A stretch of DNA of 64,000 bases from Patescibacteria group bacterium (GCA_028716045.1 JAQUQO010000001.1:725176-789175); one strand, 5' to 3'; numbered from the stretch's first letter, positions 16,941-28,224 are shown. Numbers and translations are program-made. The notes: generated by a model not told the origin, from the sequence alone.

Positions 16941-17543
16941 TTATTTTATTATTTTATCCACTATCCCGTAACTCTTGGCCTCGTCCGCGGACATAAAATA
17001 GTCACGGTCAGTATCCTTTTCAATTTTCCCGATCGGTTGATTAGTGTGTTTGGCTAAAATCTGATTCAATCGGTCACGGATTTTTAAAATATGCTCGGCG
17101 CGAATCTTAATATCCGTAGCTTGCCCTTCGGCGCCGCCCATCACCTGATGAATCATTACCTCGGCATTCGGCAGGCAAAATCTTTTGCCCTTAGTACCGG
17201 CGGCTAAAAGCACCGCGCCCATGGAAGCGGCCATGCCGATACAAATAGTGCTGACATCCGGCTCAATAAATTGCATGGTATCGTAAATCGCCATACCGGA
17301 AGTTACCGACCCGCCCGGGCTGTTAATATAGAGTTTAATATCCTTGCTTTTGTCTTCGCTGGCCAAAAAAAGCATTTGAGCGATGATTATATTGGCGATA
17401 TGGTCGTCAATCGGATCGCCCAAAAAAATAATTCTTTCTTTAAGCAGGCGGGAATAAATATCATAGGCCCGCTCGCCGATATTGGATTTTTCTATCACCG
17501 TGGGAATAAGGAAAGTTGATTTTGGCTCGTATTTTTTATCCAT
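16941..17543 (-). CDS. clpP: ATP-dependent Clp protease proteolytic subunit
   Basis: [22 protein letters not shown] with catalytic Ser context, MIHQ His, and the RIIFLG N-terminal region. Confidence 0.92.
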   Translation of the reverse strand: MDKKYEPKSTFLIPTVIEKSNIGERAYDIYSRLLKERIIFLGDPIDDHIANIIIAQMLFLASEDKSKDIKLYINSPGGSVTSGMAIYDTMQFIEPDVSTICIGMAASMGAVLLAAGTKGKRFCLPNAEVMIHQVMGGAEGQATDIKIRAEHILKIRDRLNQILAKHTNQPIGKIEKDTDRDYFMSADEAKSYGIVDKIIK

Positions 17544-17647
17544 AAAATTATTTTTTACTTATAAACTGCTTCTAGCTTATCATTTTATTTATATAAAGTC
17601 AAAACGTCTTTTTTTAATTCTCGCTTCTTAATTCCTGACTCACACTC

Positions 17648-18613
17648 TTAAACTATTTCCCATTCTCCATCATCTTTCTCTTTTAAACTGCCTTTAATGG
17701 CAAAGCCGGCGGCCTTCTTGTGCCCCCCTCCGCCAAAAAATTTCGCCAAACGCGAAACATCCACGTCGTCATGGGAAGTTCTTAAATTTATCCTTAACTG
17801 TCCGCCTAATTCCTCTTTAATAAACATGGCGGCCTTAACTCCGCTTAAATTATTTAAAAAATTGGAAATTCCGGAAACCGCTTCTTCGTCAATGCTATTT
17901 TCCTCAATATCCCTTCTGGTGACAAAAGTGACGGCTAGCCCGTTAGCGGTAATTTTAAGACGGGATAAAACTTCCCCCCAAACTTTCAGACCGGCGACTG
18001 ATTTATTTTTTAAAATGTGGGGCAAAATTTCACCCAAAATGACTCCGGAGGAAAGGAGCTTCGCCGCCACATTCAGGGAGTCGGCAGTTGTGGCTGGATT
18101 GGAAAAATTGCTGGTATCGGTCAAAATACCGGTTAGCAAGCAAGTGGCCATAGGTCGACTGATGGGAATTCTCCCGACTTCAAATAAATAAAACAAGATT
18201 TCGGTGGTAGAGGAAGCGCCGGGATTAACAATGTTCAAATCGCCAAAATTTTCATTGGTCGGATGGTGGTCTATGTTGACAATCACCGCCTTGGTCTTTA
18301 AATTTTTAATCTGCTCCTCAATGCCGGCATAACGCAAATCACCGCTGTCTAAAATAATAATCAAATCCGCGCCGCCGGCGAATATCTCGATATCATTTTT
18401 AAGTTTGTGAGAAAATGGCAAAAAATTAAATTGAGCCGGCAGAGGGTGCAAACAAAAAGAGGAAAAAACTTTATTGAGGGATTCTAAAAATAAACAGAGG
18501 GCAAAATTAGCCCCCAAAGTATCGCCATCGGGTCTCTGATGAGAAACCACCAAAATCCGCGAGGCGGCGTTTATTAAATTAAAAAATTTTCCCTGTAATG
18601 TCTCGTAATTCAT
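17648..18613 (-). CDS. nrnA: DHH/DHHA1 phosphoesterase (NrnA-like nanoRNase / pAp phosphatase)
   Basis: HQRPDGDTLG, NIDHHPTN and GGGHKKAAGF motifs. Confidence 0.8.
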   Translation of the reverse strand: MNYETLQGKFFNLINAASRILVVSHQRPDGDTLGANFALCLFLESLNKVFSSFCLHPLPAQFNFLPFSHKLKNDIEIFAGGADLIIILDSGDLRYAGIEEQIKNLKTKAVIVNIDHHPTNENFGDLNIVNPGASSTTEILFYLFEVGRIPISRPMATCLLTGILTDTSNFSNPATTADSLNVAAKLLSSGVILGEILPHILKNKSVAGLKVWGEVLSRLKITANGLAVTFVTRRDIEENSIDEEAVSGISNFLNNLSGVKAAMFIKEELGGQLRINLRTSHDDVDVSRLAKFFGGGGHKKAAGFAIKGSLKEKDDGEWEIV

Positions 18614-18633
18614 AATAAGGCAATCAGACCAGC

Positions 18634-18975
18634 TTACAGCTCCTTCTTAATCTTGTCAAGCAAGGCCTCTATGGCCATGGCCTTTTCCTCGGTAACATCA
18701 ACTGCCCACTGAATTTTGGGAAAAACTTTGGTGCGAAACTTTTTATTTAACGCCTGCTGTAATTTTTTGGTATTTTTGCGCAAAATTGCCAAGACCGTGC
18801 CGCGATAGTTTTCCGGCAGGACGCTCACGTAAACTTTCACAAATTTAAGGTCCGGGGCGGTGTCCGCCCCGACAATAGTGAGCAAGCTTCCCAGCGGCAT
18901 TTCCAAATCACGGTTAATAATCCTGCCAAGCTCCTCTTGAATAAAAGAATTAAATTTTTCCTGGCGTAATGACAT
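18634..18975 (-). CDS. rbfA: ribosome-binding factor A
   Basis: Length and sequence pattern (RINRDLEMPLGSLLTIVGADTAPDLKFVKVYVSV) typical of RbfA. Confidence 0.8.
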   Translation of the reverse strand: MSLRQEKFNSFIQEELGRIINRDLEMPLGSLLTIVGADTAPDLKFVKVYVSVLPENYRGTVLAILRKNTKKLQQALNKKFRTKVFPKIQWAVDVTEEKAMAIEALLDKIKKEL

Positions 18976-19078
18976 ATTTTATTATCATAAATATACACCA
19001 ATTATTTAATTATGTCTATATCCTTGCCGTCTCGCTCCAAAAGAGCTAAAATAATATAAAGAAATAAGCTATACACAG

Positions 19079-21367
19079 GTGTATTTAGAAAAACTGGAAA
19101 TCCAAGGATTCAAATCCTTCGCCGAAAAAACCATGTTGGAATTCAGGCCACCCCAAAAGGACGGCCATTTTAAATATGAAACCACGGGCATTGTCGGGCC
19201 TAATGGCTCGGGGAAATCCAACATCGCCGATGCGGTGCGCTGGGTGCTGGGCGAACAAAGCATCAAAACCATCCGCGGCAAAAAATCCGTGGATGTTATT
19301 TTTTCCGGTTCGGATAAAAAAGCGCGGCTGGGCTTTGCCGAAGTTCATCTCTATTTAAATAACGCCGACAGACAAGCGCCTATTGAGTATCAGCAATTAA
19401 TTCTCGGCCGACGCCTTTACCGCAACGGGGAAAGCGAATATTTAATTAATAAAAATAAGGCTCGACTCCAAGATATTCTGCTTCTTTTGGCTAAATCCAA
19501 CATGGGGCAGAGGACTTACAGCGTCATCGGGCAGGGCATGGTGGATTCCGTGCTTTTAGCCACGCCGCAGGAAAGAAAAGAACTTTTTGATGAAGCGGCG
19601 GGAATAAAACAATATCAAATCAAACGCGACCAGTCACTCAACAAACTTGAGGCTAGCGAAGATAATCTCCTGCAGGCCGAATCACTGCTGCTGGAAATCG
19701 AGCCGCGCATGCGTTCACTCACCCGTCAAGTCCGGCGTTTGGAACGGCGCGCGGAAGTGGAGCAGGAATTAAAAGACAAACAAACTTCTTACTACGGTTC
19801 TTTATGGCAGGAAATCACCAAACAGTATAACAAACAAAAAATTACGCTTTCGGCCAAAGAACAAGAACAACAAAAAAACCAGGAGGGAGTCCGGGCGATA
19901 CAGACAAAACTAAATTCTCTGGAAAAAGAAGAAACGCAAAGCAGCGCCTTTATCGCGCTCCAACGGGAGTACGAAAAAATTATTGAAGAAAAAAATAAGC
20001 TGCGCGAACAGGAATTGCTATTAAAAAATAAAGTTGAACTGGCCAAAAGGATGCAAGACCGCCTGCCGGAAATAATGCCCTTAGAAGAAGTTATAGAAAC
20101 CTTAGAACAAATTTCTGGACTGCAAAATAAGCTTCTGGAAAAAATCCGCAACGCCAAAGATTTGGTAGACCTGGAAGCCATAAAATATCAAACGGCGGAA
20201 ATTACTGAGAAATCTAATGACTTGCTGGAAAAATTAAAAAATCCCCAAAAAACAAGGGGGGTAAAAATCGACCCGGCACTATTGGCAAATATAGAAAAAA
20301 TCAGCCAACAAATAACCGCATTAAATTCCCAAATCGCCGAGGTGCAGAAAAAAATGACCAATTTCCAAAAGGAAGAGGAACAAAAGAAAGGAAGATTTTT
20401 CGACCTGCAGAGAGAATTTCAGGAAAAACAAATGGCCCTAAACCGCATTACGAACGAAGTCAACGATATTAAAATTGAACTGGCGCGGCTGGAAACCAAA
20501 CGAGAAGATTTAGAAAATGAAATGAAAGAGGAATTAAAGGATTACGAAACCGTAATCAGCCAAAGTGAAAAAATAAATACGCCAACCAACCGTGAAGAAT
20601 TGTGGCCGGAAATTCAAAGATTAAAACACCAGCTGGAGCTGATTGGTGGCATAGACGAAGAAACCGTCCAAGAATATAAAGAAACCAAGGAACGTTATGA
20701 CTTTCTCTCCCAGCAATCCGCAGACCTTAAAAAAGCCATCAACGATTTGGAAAAAGTTATAGAAGAACTGGATGAAACTATTAAAAAACAATTTGATAGT
20801 GCTTTTAATAATATCAATAATGAATTTGAAAAATTCTTTCGCATACTTTTTAACGGCGGCAAAGCCAATTTAATTAAAATCACCGAGGAAGAAGAATTAA
20901 AAAACAAAGAGGAAGAGCTAAAAACGCTTGGAGAAAACGCGGAAAACGAAGCTCCCGCCACCAAAGTTCTTCAAGAAAAAAAACGTTTGCGGCGCCGGCT
21001 GGCCACCTGCTCGGCCATAGAAATCCACGCCACTCCCCCGGGCAAAAAATTAAAGGGCATCTCTATGCTCTCCGGCGGCGAACGCGCCCTGACTTCCATC
21101 GCTCTTATTTGCGCGATTATTTACCACAACCCCGCGCCGTTTGTTTTACTGGATGAAGTTGACGCCGCCCTTGATGAATCCAACTCCATCCGCTTCGCGG
21201 AAATTCTGGCCATGCTTTCCGAAAAAACACAATTTATCGTTATCACCCACAATCGTTACACCATGGAAAAATGCGGCATCCTTTACGGCGTGACCATGGG
21301 CGACGACGGCGTGTCCAGATTGCTTAGTATGAAACTGGAAGAAGCCGCCCAGCTGTCGTCAAAGTAA
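19079..21367 (+). CDS. smc: SMC-family chromosome segregation ATPase (unusually short, 762 aa)
   Basis: GTG start. N-terminus LEIQGFKSF...GIVGPNGSGKSNIADA (Walker A). C-terminal signature LSGGERALTSIALI and Walker B LLDEVDAALD. The intervening region is a long coiled coil. Confidence 0.8.
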   Translation: MYLEKLEIQGFKSFAEKTMLEFRPPQKDGHFKYETTGIVGPNGSGKSNIADAVRWVLGEQSIKTIRGKKSVDVIFSGSDKKARLGFAEVHLYLNNADRQAPIEYQQLILGRRLYRNGESEYLINKNKARLQDILLLLAKSNMGQRTYSVIGQGMVDSVLLATPQERKELFDEAAGIKQYQIKRDQSLNKLEASEDNLLQAESLLLEIEPRMRSLTRQVRRLERRAEVEQELKDKQTSYYGSLWQEITKQYNKQKITLSAKEQEQQKNQEGVRAIQTKLNSLEKEETQSSAFIALQREYEKIIEEKNKLREQELLLKNKVELAKRMQDRLPEIMPLEEVIETLEQISGLQNKLLEKIRNAKDLVDLEAIKYQTAEITEKSNDLLEKLKNPQKTRGVKIDPALLANIEKISQQITALNSQIAEVQKKMTNFQKEEEQKKGRFFDLQREFQEKQMALNRITNEVNDIKIELARLETKREDLENEMKEELKDYETVISQSEKINTPTNREELWPEIQRLKHQLELIGGIDEETVQEYKETKERYDFLSQQSADLKKAINDLEKVIEELDETIKKQFDSAFNNINNEFEKFFRILFNGGKANLIKITEEEELKNKEEELKTLGENAENEAPATKVLQEKKRLRRRLATCSAIEIHATPPGKKLKGISMLSGGERALTSIALICAIIYHNPAPFVLLDEVDAALDESNSIRFAEILAMLSEKTQFIVITHNRYTMEKCGILYGVTMGDDGVSRLLSMKLEEAAQLSSK

Positions 21368-21524
21368 AAAATTACCCTTCTTGGATAAGCCTATCTGCGG
21401 TTCGACTGAGCTCACCGAAGTCCGGCAGACAGGGAGGGACAAGGGGTAGTTTGATGTTAGGGCGGGAGAAAAAATAATTTAGATAAAATAACCCCACTTC
21501 ATGTTTGAAGCGGGGTTTGTAATT

Positions 21525-22694
21525 TTAGGAAAAGCGGCGGTGTTGGCGGGTGGCAAAAATATCAATTAAGCATCCTATCTGCACGGTGAGATTATTATAT
21601 CTTGCAACAATTCCCCGGGCTTCAGTCAAATAACCCCTTGTCAAATACGCTTTGAAAAGGGCTAGGTGACAATTTGCCTGCGCAGACTCCCAGCCAATTT
21701 TCTTAATATATTCAAACACCTTATCAAAGTCCTCTTTTTCGCCCGTCGTTTGAGCGAGGAGTATTTGAGAATTCGCTCTTGCCTCCGCATTAAGCCCTTT
21801 AAAATTTTCGTCATTTTCTAGAAACGAAAAAATTTCTTCAATATATTCTTCCGTACCTGTTAACCTGGATAAGGACAACATCGTGGAAATTGCCAATTCT
21901 TTCTCCTTAACTTTCAATATTTTTATATAATCTCTAACCACATTAAAACTTTCCTCATCTTTTTTAACTTCCGCCCAGGTCAAATAAATACTTGCGCCCA
22001 GAGATTTATAGATAAATAACTCCAATCCTTCTTTACTGTGAAGTTTCTTGTCCGCTTCCTCAAAATAACCGTGTTGCAAATATGCTTTTATTAATTCGGC
22101 ATAAATACTTACATCGTAAATCTCCTTAATTTTACTGCTCGTGGAGATGTATTTCTCTTTGATATCGCGGATATATTCCTCGACCCTTTCAAAATCTTTT
22201 CTTCCGCCGAAGGCCTTGGCAAAATAAATGAGTGACTCCAATCGTGTCCGCTCGTCTTCAATTGTTTCAATAAACTCCGAAGCTTTTCCAAATTCCCCGT
22301 TGTTGATATAAGCTTTGGCCAACTCTCTTTTCCCGGTTCCATTGGCATCGCCGACACGCTCCCTGGCCCTAACAAAATCTTCGTCTTTTTTGGTAACCTG
22401 CGCCAAATATATCTGGGCGAAAGCTTTGTCTTTCGGATTTTCAATCTTTACAATATACTCCCTCGCTCCCTGAATATACTTGGCATCGCCTGTAATTTGA
22501 GCCAGGCGAATCATAAACTTTGTTCTTTCATAAATATCCTTTTCTTCTTCCAATAAGTATTCAATTACCTCCAAATCACTCGCCAATAAAAACGTGGGCT
22601 CTTTCAATAACAACACCACCAAAAAATGAGGGATGCGGCCAGAGTTAAGCTCTTTCATCAATTGTGTTGCTTGTCCTAAACTTGCTTTTTCCAT
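21525..22694 (-). CDS. helical-repeat (TPR-like) hypothetical protein
   Basis: RBS AAGGAGAAA precedes ATG (MEKASL). Repeated Y/F-x-x-A-K-A-Y helical motifs. A terminator hairpin lies at about 21490-21520. Confidence 0.45.
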   Translation of the reverse strand: MEKASLGQATQLMKELNSGRIPHFLVVLLLKEPTFLLASDLEVIEYLLEEEKDIYERTKFMIRLAQITGDAKYIQGAREYIVKIENPKDKAFAQIYLAQVTKKDEDFVRARERVGDANGTGKRELAKAYINNGEFGKASEFIETIEDERTRLESLIYFAKAFGGRKDFERVEEYIRDIKEKYISTSSKIKEIYDVSIYAELIKAYLQHGYFEEADKKLHSKEGLELFIYKSLGASIYLTWAEVKKDEESFNVVRDYIKILKVKEKELAISTMLSLSRLTGTEEYIEEIFSFLENDENFKGLNAEARANSQILLAQTTGEKEDFDKVFEYIKKIGWESAQANCHLALFKAYLTRGYLTEARGIVARYNNLTVQIGCLIDIFATRQHRRFS

Positions 22695-22938
22695 TTTAAT
22701 TTCTCCTTGTCCGTTGGCTATCGGCAAAAGATAGTATCGTTATGAATTATTATCATAGTGGTACTACCCGGCCCAATAGACAGTGGACTTTTTGAATTGT
22801 AATGAACACCATACGGCTTATTCCGTACTGGCTATATCTTGAATGAAAGCGCGATTTTTGTCAACCTCTTGACATTTTAAAGCCAAAGCTATACAATAAA
22901 AACACTATTATAAATAAACTTTTTTAATCGTTTTTGCT

Positions 22939-23391
22939 ATGTTATCTATCAGATTATCAAGAGTCGGAAAAACTAAACAACCAAGCTACCGCCTTATTGT
23001 GGTGGAAAAATCTAAGGACCCGTTTGGAACCTATTTGGAACAGCTGGGGTTTTACAACCCGCGAACCAACCCGAAAACTATTCAGTTAAACGCCGAGCGC
23101 ATTAAATACTGGATAGGAAAAGGCGCCCAGCCGTCGGACACTATCCATAATTTGTTGGTAGACGCTAAAATTATAGACCAATCCAAAGTTAAAACCGTAA
23201 ATATCAGCAAAAGGAGAGCGGAAAAATTAGGTCTTAATAAACCCAAGGAAACGCCAGCCGCTGTTCCACCGGCCGAGGCTAAACCGGCACCCGAGGCCGC
23301 AACCGCTCCGGCGGAAAATACTCCGCCCCCGGAAAATGCCGCCGCCCCGCAAGAAGATATTCCCCCAGCGGGAAATATCGCCAAAACGTAA
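22939..23391 (+). CDS. rpsP: 30S ribosomal protein S16 with Ala/Pro/Glu-rich C-terminal extension
   Basis: MLSIRLSRVGKTKQPSYRLIVVEKSKDPFG...GFYNP is typical of S16. There is a ~60-aa low-complexity tail. Confidence 0.9.
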   Translation: MLSIRLSRVGKTKQPSYRLIVVEKSKDPFGTYLEQLGFYNPRTNPKTIQLNAERIKYWIGKGAQPSDTIHNLLVDAKIIDQSKVKTVNISKRRAEKLGLNKPKETPAAVPPAEAKPAPEAATAPAENTPPPENAAAPQEDIPPAGNIAKT

Positions 23392-23540
23392 CGCCTGACC
23401 AGTCAGTTGTAAACTGACGGTCTTGACCCGCCGGTCGCGACTGACAGGTCTTGACAAAAAACATCTTTTATGATACGCTTAATAACGTAAATAGTTCAAA
23501 GCTATTTGCTCATTAAACTAAGTAATTAAAGAAAACAAGT

Positions 23541-23855
23541 ATGGCAGTAGGAGACAAAGAGTTTTTGGAGTACATCGTTAGGTCTATCGTCGGACATCCG
23601 GACGATGTGAAGATCGAACGTACGCTTGATGAAAGGGGAGTTTTACTCTCTTTGAGCATTAACCCGGAAGACATGGGTTATGTCATCGGCAAACAAGGTC
23701 AAACTGCTCGTTCCATCCGCACCCTTTTGAAAATTGTTGGTGCCAAGAATGATGCCAGGGTCAACCTCAAAATTCTCGAGCCCGAGGGTTCTACCCACCA
23801 GAGATCCAGAGACAGAGATATTGATACCTCCGCAGTTGACGATTTAAAAATCTAA
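23541..23855 (+). CDS. khpA: KH-domain RNA-binding protein (KhpA/YlqC-like)
   Basis: GxxG KH motif (VIGKQGQTARSIRTLL). Position between rpsP and trmD. Confidence 0.7.
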   Translation: MAVGDKEFLEYIVRSIVGHPDDVKIERTLDERGVLLSLSINPEDMGYVIGKQGQTARSIRTLLKIVGAKNDARVNLKILEPEGSTHQRSRDRDIDTSAVDDLKI

Positions 23856-23922
23856 TTACTATCTATAAAAACAAAAGTCATCCCGAGACAAAAGGGATGA
23901 TTTTTGTTATCTTATGTAAAAT

Positions 23923-24603
23923 ATGAAACCTAAAATTCAATTTGATATTATTACTATCTTTCCGCATTGCCTGGATTCTTATGCTAAAGAATCCATTCTT
24001 AGAATTGCCCAAAAGAAAGGGCTGATAAAAATTAATTTTCACGACTTGCGCGATTATACCGTAGATAAACACCGCACCGTTGACGATAAGCCCTATGGCG
24101 GCGGGCCGGGAATGGTAATGATGGCAGAGCCGCTGCATAAGGCCATTAAAAAAATGAGTTCGCTCGATAAAAAAATTCGGGAGAAAAGAAAAGAAAAAAT
24201 AATTTTACTTTCACCGACTGGTAAAACTTTTGACCAGAAAAAAGCGCAGGGCTTGGCTGAACTTAAACGAATTGTTTTTATCTGCGGCCGCTATGAAGGA
24301 ATTGACGCGCGCGTGGAAAAATTTATTGACGAAAAAATTTCCATCGGCAATTACGTGCTCTCCGGCGGCGAATTGCCAGCCATGGTCATTGCCGAATCGG
24401 TAACACGCCTCATCCCGGGAGTATTGGGCAGATACGAATCTGTCAAAGAAGAAAGTTTTTCTGATGGACAAAATTCGGAATATCCTCAATATACCCGTCC
24501 GGAAAAATTCTTAAAATGGCCGGCGCCAAAAATACTTCTCTCCGGCAATCATCAAAAAATCGCCGACTGGCGAAAAAATAAGCAAAAGAAAAAACCCCGT
24601 TAA
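23923..24603 (+). CDS. trmD: tRNA (guanine37-N1)-methyltransferase
   Basis: ITIFP, PYGGGPGMVM, GRYEGIDARV and LSGGELPAMV motifs. Confidence 0.92.
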   Translation: MKPKIQFDIITIFPHCLDSYAKESILRIAQKKGLIKINFHDLRDYTVDKHRTVDDKPYGGGPGMVMMAEPLHKAIKKMSSLDKKIREKRKEKIILLSPTGKTFDQKKAQGLAELKRIVFICGRYEGIDARVEKFIDEKISIGNYVLSGGELPAMVIAESVTRLIPGVLGRYESVKEESFSDGQNSEYPQYTRPEKFLKWPAPKILLSGNHQKIADWRKNKQKKKPR

Positions 24604-25145
24604 ATGCGGGGTTTGTTGTTTGCATCTCCTTCTATATTGCCATAAATAACATAGAGAATGGCATGGTGGAGAATATCACTTAAGACGCAAGACGCTCCAA
24701 GGGCCAAGAAAAAAAGAGCTGAAAAAAACGGGAGACCGAATAATAATCCAACGCCGGCCGAAAAAATAATAATGAACCCCCAGTGCGCGTGATGCAGACC
24801 GATTTTTTTATCTCGCCAAAAAATATAAATTCTTTCGCGACTGCCTTTGGCGCCAATGATGAATCGAAAAAATATCATCAGGCCTTCTTGTAAAAAGACC
24901 ACAGCAAAAATAAAAATCAGATAGGCCTGGGCTTGGGAAAAATTTTTAATCGGGGAGGTCAAGAACTCGCCATCAAATTGAAAAATATCTTCCCAATTAT
25001 CAACGAGCCATTTTGAACCAGCGTAAGCGATAAAAAAAAGAACAAAGGTCACGGATAATGGAAATAAAAATTTTACTATCTTCACTTTCCCCTCCTCGGA
25101 GTTTGGTGTTTTTAATTTTAAAAGTCCAATGAATAAACTTACCAC
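24600..25145 (-). CDS. hypothetical integral membrane protein
   Basis: Four or five hydrophobic helices. The start codon is uncertain. Confidence 0.4.
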   Translation of the reverse strand: MVSLFIGLLKLKTPNSEEGKVKIVKFLFPLSVTFVLFFIAYAGSKWLVDNWEDIFQFDGEFLTSPIKNFSQAQAYLIFIFAVVFLQEGLMIFFRFIIGAKGSRERIYIFWRDKKIGLHHAHWGFIIIFSAGVGLLFGLPFFSALFFLALGASCVLSDILHHAILYVIYGNIEGDANNKPRI

Positions 25146-25224
25146 GAAAACGCTTTGGCGTCAAGCCCTTATAAATAGCCCAATTTCTTTGTGGATAAAG
25201 TGTTAATTCAACCCTCAAAAATCC

Positions 25225-25253
25225 TTGACAAACATTTGACCTTATTGTAAGAT
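25225..25253 (+). promoter_or_regulatory. rRNA promoter (TTGACA-17-TAAGAT)
   Basis: TTGACA at 25225-25230, a 17-nt spacer, TAAGAT. A DnaA-box 9-mer (25190-25198) and a TTAGCTAAAATTAGC element lie nearby. Confidence 0.5.
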
Positions 25254-25471
25254 TATTTCACGGTCTTTGAAAACCGTTTTTTAGCTAAAATTAGCAATCT
25301 TTGCGGTTACAACGTCTAAAAGTGGTTAGAGATATCCACGATAAAAAATCTCAAGAGACAATCACTTAGGTGTGGTGGTCTTATTAAGTAAATCCGTTTA
25401 ACTTAATATTCTCTTATATTTTGAGAGTTTTGTAGTCGGGGCTATTGTAAAATAGTTCCGATAAAACTCTT

Positions 25472-26950
<1,479 letters not shown>

Positions 26951-27061
26951 CTAGGGAGAAAAAACAGATAGAATGTTCGAATTCGACATTCTATCCATTT
27001 AGGTCGACTCCGAGCAATCGGAGTAACGTTGTAACCACAAAGGTCTGCTAATTAGTGAAAA

Positions 27062-27100
27062 AGATTGGCTCTTTACTCTTGATAATGCCAATCTTTTTTG
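27062..27100 (+). terminator. rho-independent terminator between 16S and tRNA-Ile
   Basis: AGATTGGC...GCCAATCT stem followed by TTTTTT. Confidence 0.6.
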
Positions 27101-27107
27101 GTATAAT
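27079..27107 (+). promoter_or_regulatory. promoter (TTGATA-17-TATAAT) overlapping the preceding terminator
   Basis: TTGATA sits in the terminator loop, followed by a 17-nt spacer and TATAAT at 27102-27107. Upstream of tRNA-Ile. Confidence 0.45.
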
Positions 27108-27203
27108 ACATAAATAAATTGAGGCCGTTGATTAATTTAACGGACTCATCCTGATCCCGCTTAGCGGGAGAAGGATCTCGGAACGCTACTTAAAAGACCC
27201 CTC

Positions 27204-27280
27204 GGGCGCGTAGCTCAGTTGGTTAGAGCGCCACTCTGATAAAGTGGAGGTCGATGGTTCAACTCCATCTGCGCCCACCA
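27204..27280 (+). tRNA. tRNA-Ile (anticodon GAT), CCA encoded
   Basis: Cloverleaf by eye: GGGCGCG acceptor, anticodon loop CTGATAA, T-arm GATGGTTCAACTCCATC. Confidence 0.85.
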
Positions 27281-27392
27281 AAGAAAGATATTTAAATACT
27301 CTTTTAACTGGCGGGATGATAAAATAGAAGTTGATAATAAAACTCTCGTAGTCCCGAGTATTCGGGACGGAGACCCCGACTTTATGTCGGGG

Positions 27393-27407
27393 CATCTGCG
27401 CCCACCA
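27393..27407 (+). repeat. duplicate of the tRNA-Ile 3-prime end (CATCTGCGCCCACCA), preceded by GC hairpins
   Basis: Exact repeat of the last 15 nt of tRNA-Ile lying about 125 bp downstream. It is preceded by CCCCGAC-TTTAT-GTCGGGG and GTCCCGA-GTAT-TCGGGAC hairpins. Confidence 0.7.
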
Positions 27408-27428
27408 AAATAAATAAAACCGGCGGGA

Positions 27429-27505
27429 GGGCACCTAGCTCAGTTGGTTAGAGCGTCACATTGACATTGTGAAGGTCAGAGGTTCAACTCCTCTGGTGCC
27501 CACCA
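27429..27505 (+). tRNA. tRNA-Val (anticodon GAC), CCA encoded
   Basis: Acceptor GGGCACC/GGTGCCC. Anticodon stem TCACA/TGTGA with loop TTGACAT. Confidence 0.8.
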
Positions 27506-27512
27506 AACATTT

Positions 27513-28091
27513 ATGGACAATCAACCGTCTGTTATAAAAAAATATATCCTGGAATCCCTGGAACAGCTTGAACCGGTGGACGAGCAGGAAATTCAGGATA
27601 AAAAGAAAATCAAAAATTTTTTGGTTTTGCATCCGCAAAATTTTTATGACATTGAAAATTATAAAGGCCACGTCACGGTAAGCGGTGTTATTGTCTGCCG
27701 CGACCAGCTATTGCTTTTTAAAAAAAATAAATCCTCTCCTTGGGGACAGCTTCATAATCATTGTGAGGAAGGAGAATTCCCCTTCGCCACCATAAAAAAA
27801 ATACTGGAAGAAAAAACCGGAATAACCGACCTTAAACCAAGGTTTATAGATGAGGAGGAAAGACCGCTCCCCTATCAATGTGAAGTTTATGACATAGATG
27901 TCACACCGGACATTAAAACCGACCCCAATCATACTCATTTTGATTTGCTGTATCTTTTTGATATTAAAGACAAAAAAGCAGAAACGGAATTATCAGGAGA
28001 AGCGAAATGGTTTCCCAAAAACGAAGCGGCTAAACTAAACAAGCGCCTGCGGAAAGTGATTATGAAATTAATGGGGAAAATAATAATGTAA
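27513..28091 (+). CDS. hypothetical protein (weak Nudix-like segment)
   Basis: ORF starts immediately after tRNA-Val. The GQLHNHCEEGEFPFATIKKILEEKTGI segment only loosely resembles a Nudix box. Confidence 0.4.
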   Translation: MDNQPSVIKKYILESLEQLEPVDEQEIQDKKKIKNFLVLHPQNFYDIENYKGHVTVSGVIVCRDQLLLFKKNKSSPWGQLHNHCEEGEFPFATIKKILEEKTGITDLKPRFIDEEERPLPYQCEVYDIDVTPDIKTDPNHTHFDLLYLFDIKDKKAETELSGEAKWFPKNEAAKLNKRLRKVIMKLMGKIIM

Positions 28092-28224
28092 AATACGCCG
28101 AGGTAGCCCTGCCTGCCGGCAGGCAGGTCAGCGGCCCGCTCGCAACGCCAAGACATCGTTTTGGCGGACGAGTAAATTAAAATATTAAATATTAGAAATA
28201 AGTTAGTGCATCTGCCATTCATTT

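Noticed and set aside
27186-27671. Minus-strand ORFs overlapping tRNA-Ile/tRNA-Val and the downstream repeat
   Set aside because: They are antisense to tRNA genes and intergenic repeats, with no RBS. Spurious.
27513-28091. Nudix hydrolase assignment
   Set aside because: The candidate Nudix box does not fit GX5EX7REUXEEXGU in any register (Lys/Lys instead of Arg/Glu, misplaced Gly). Kept as hypothetical.
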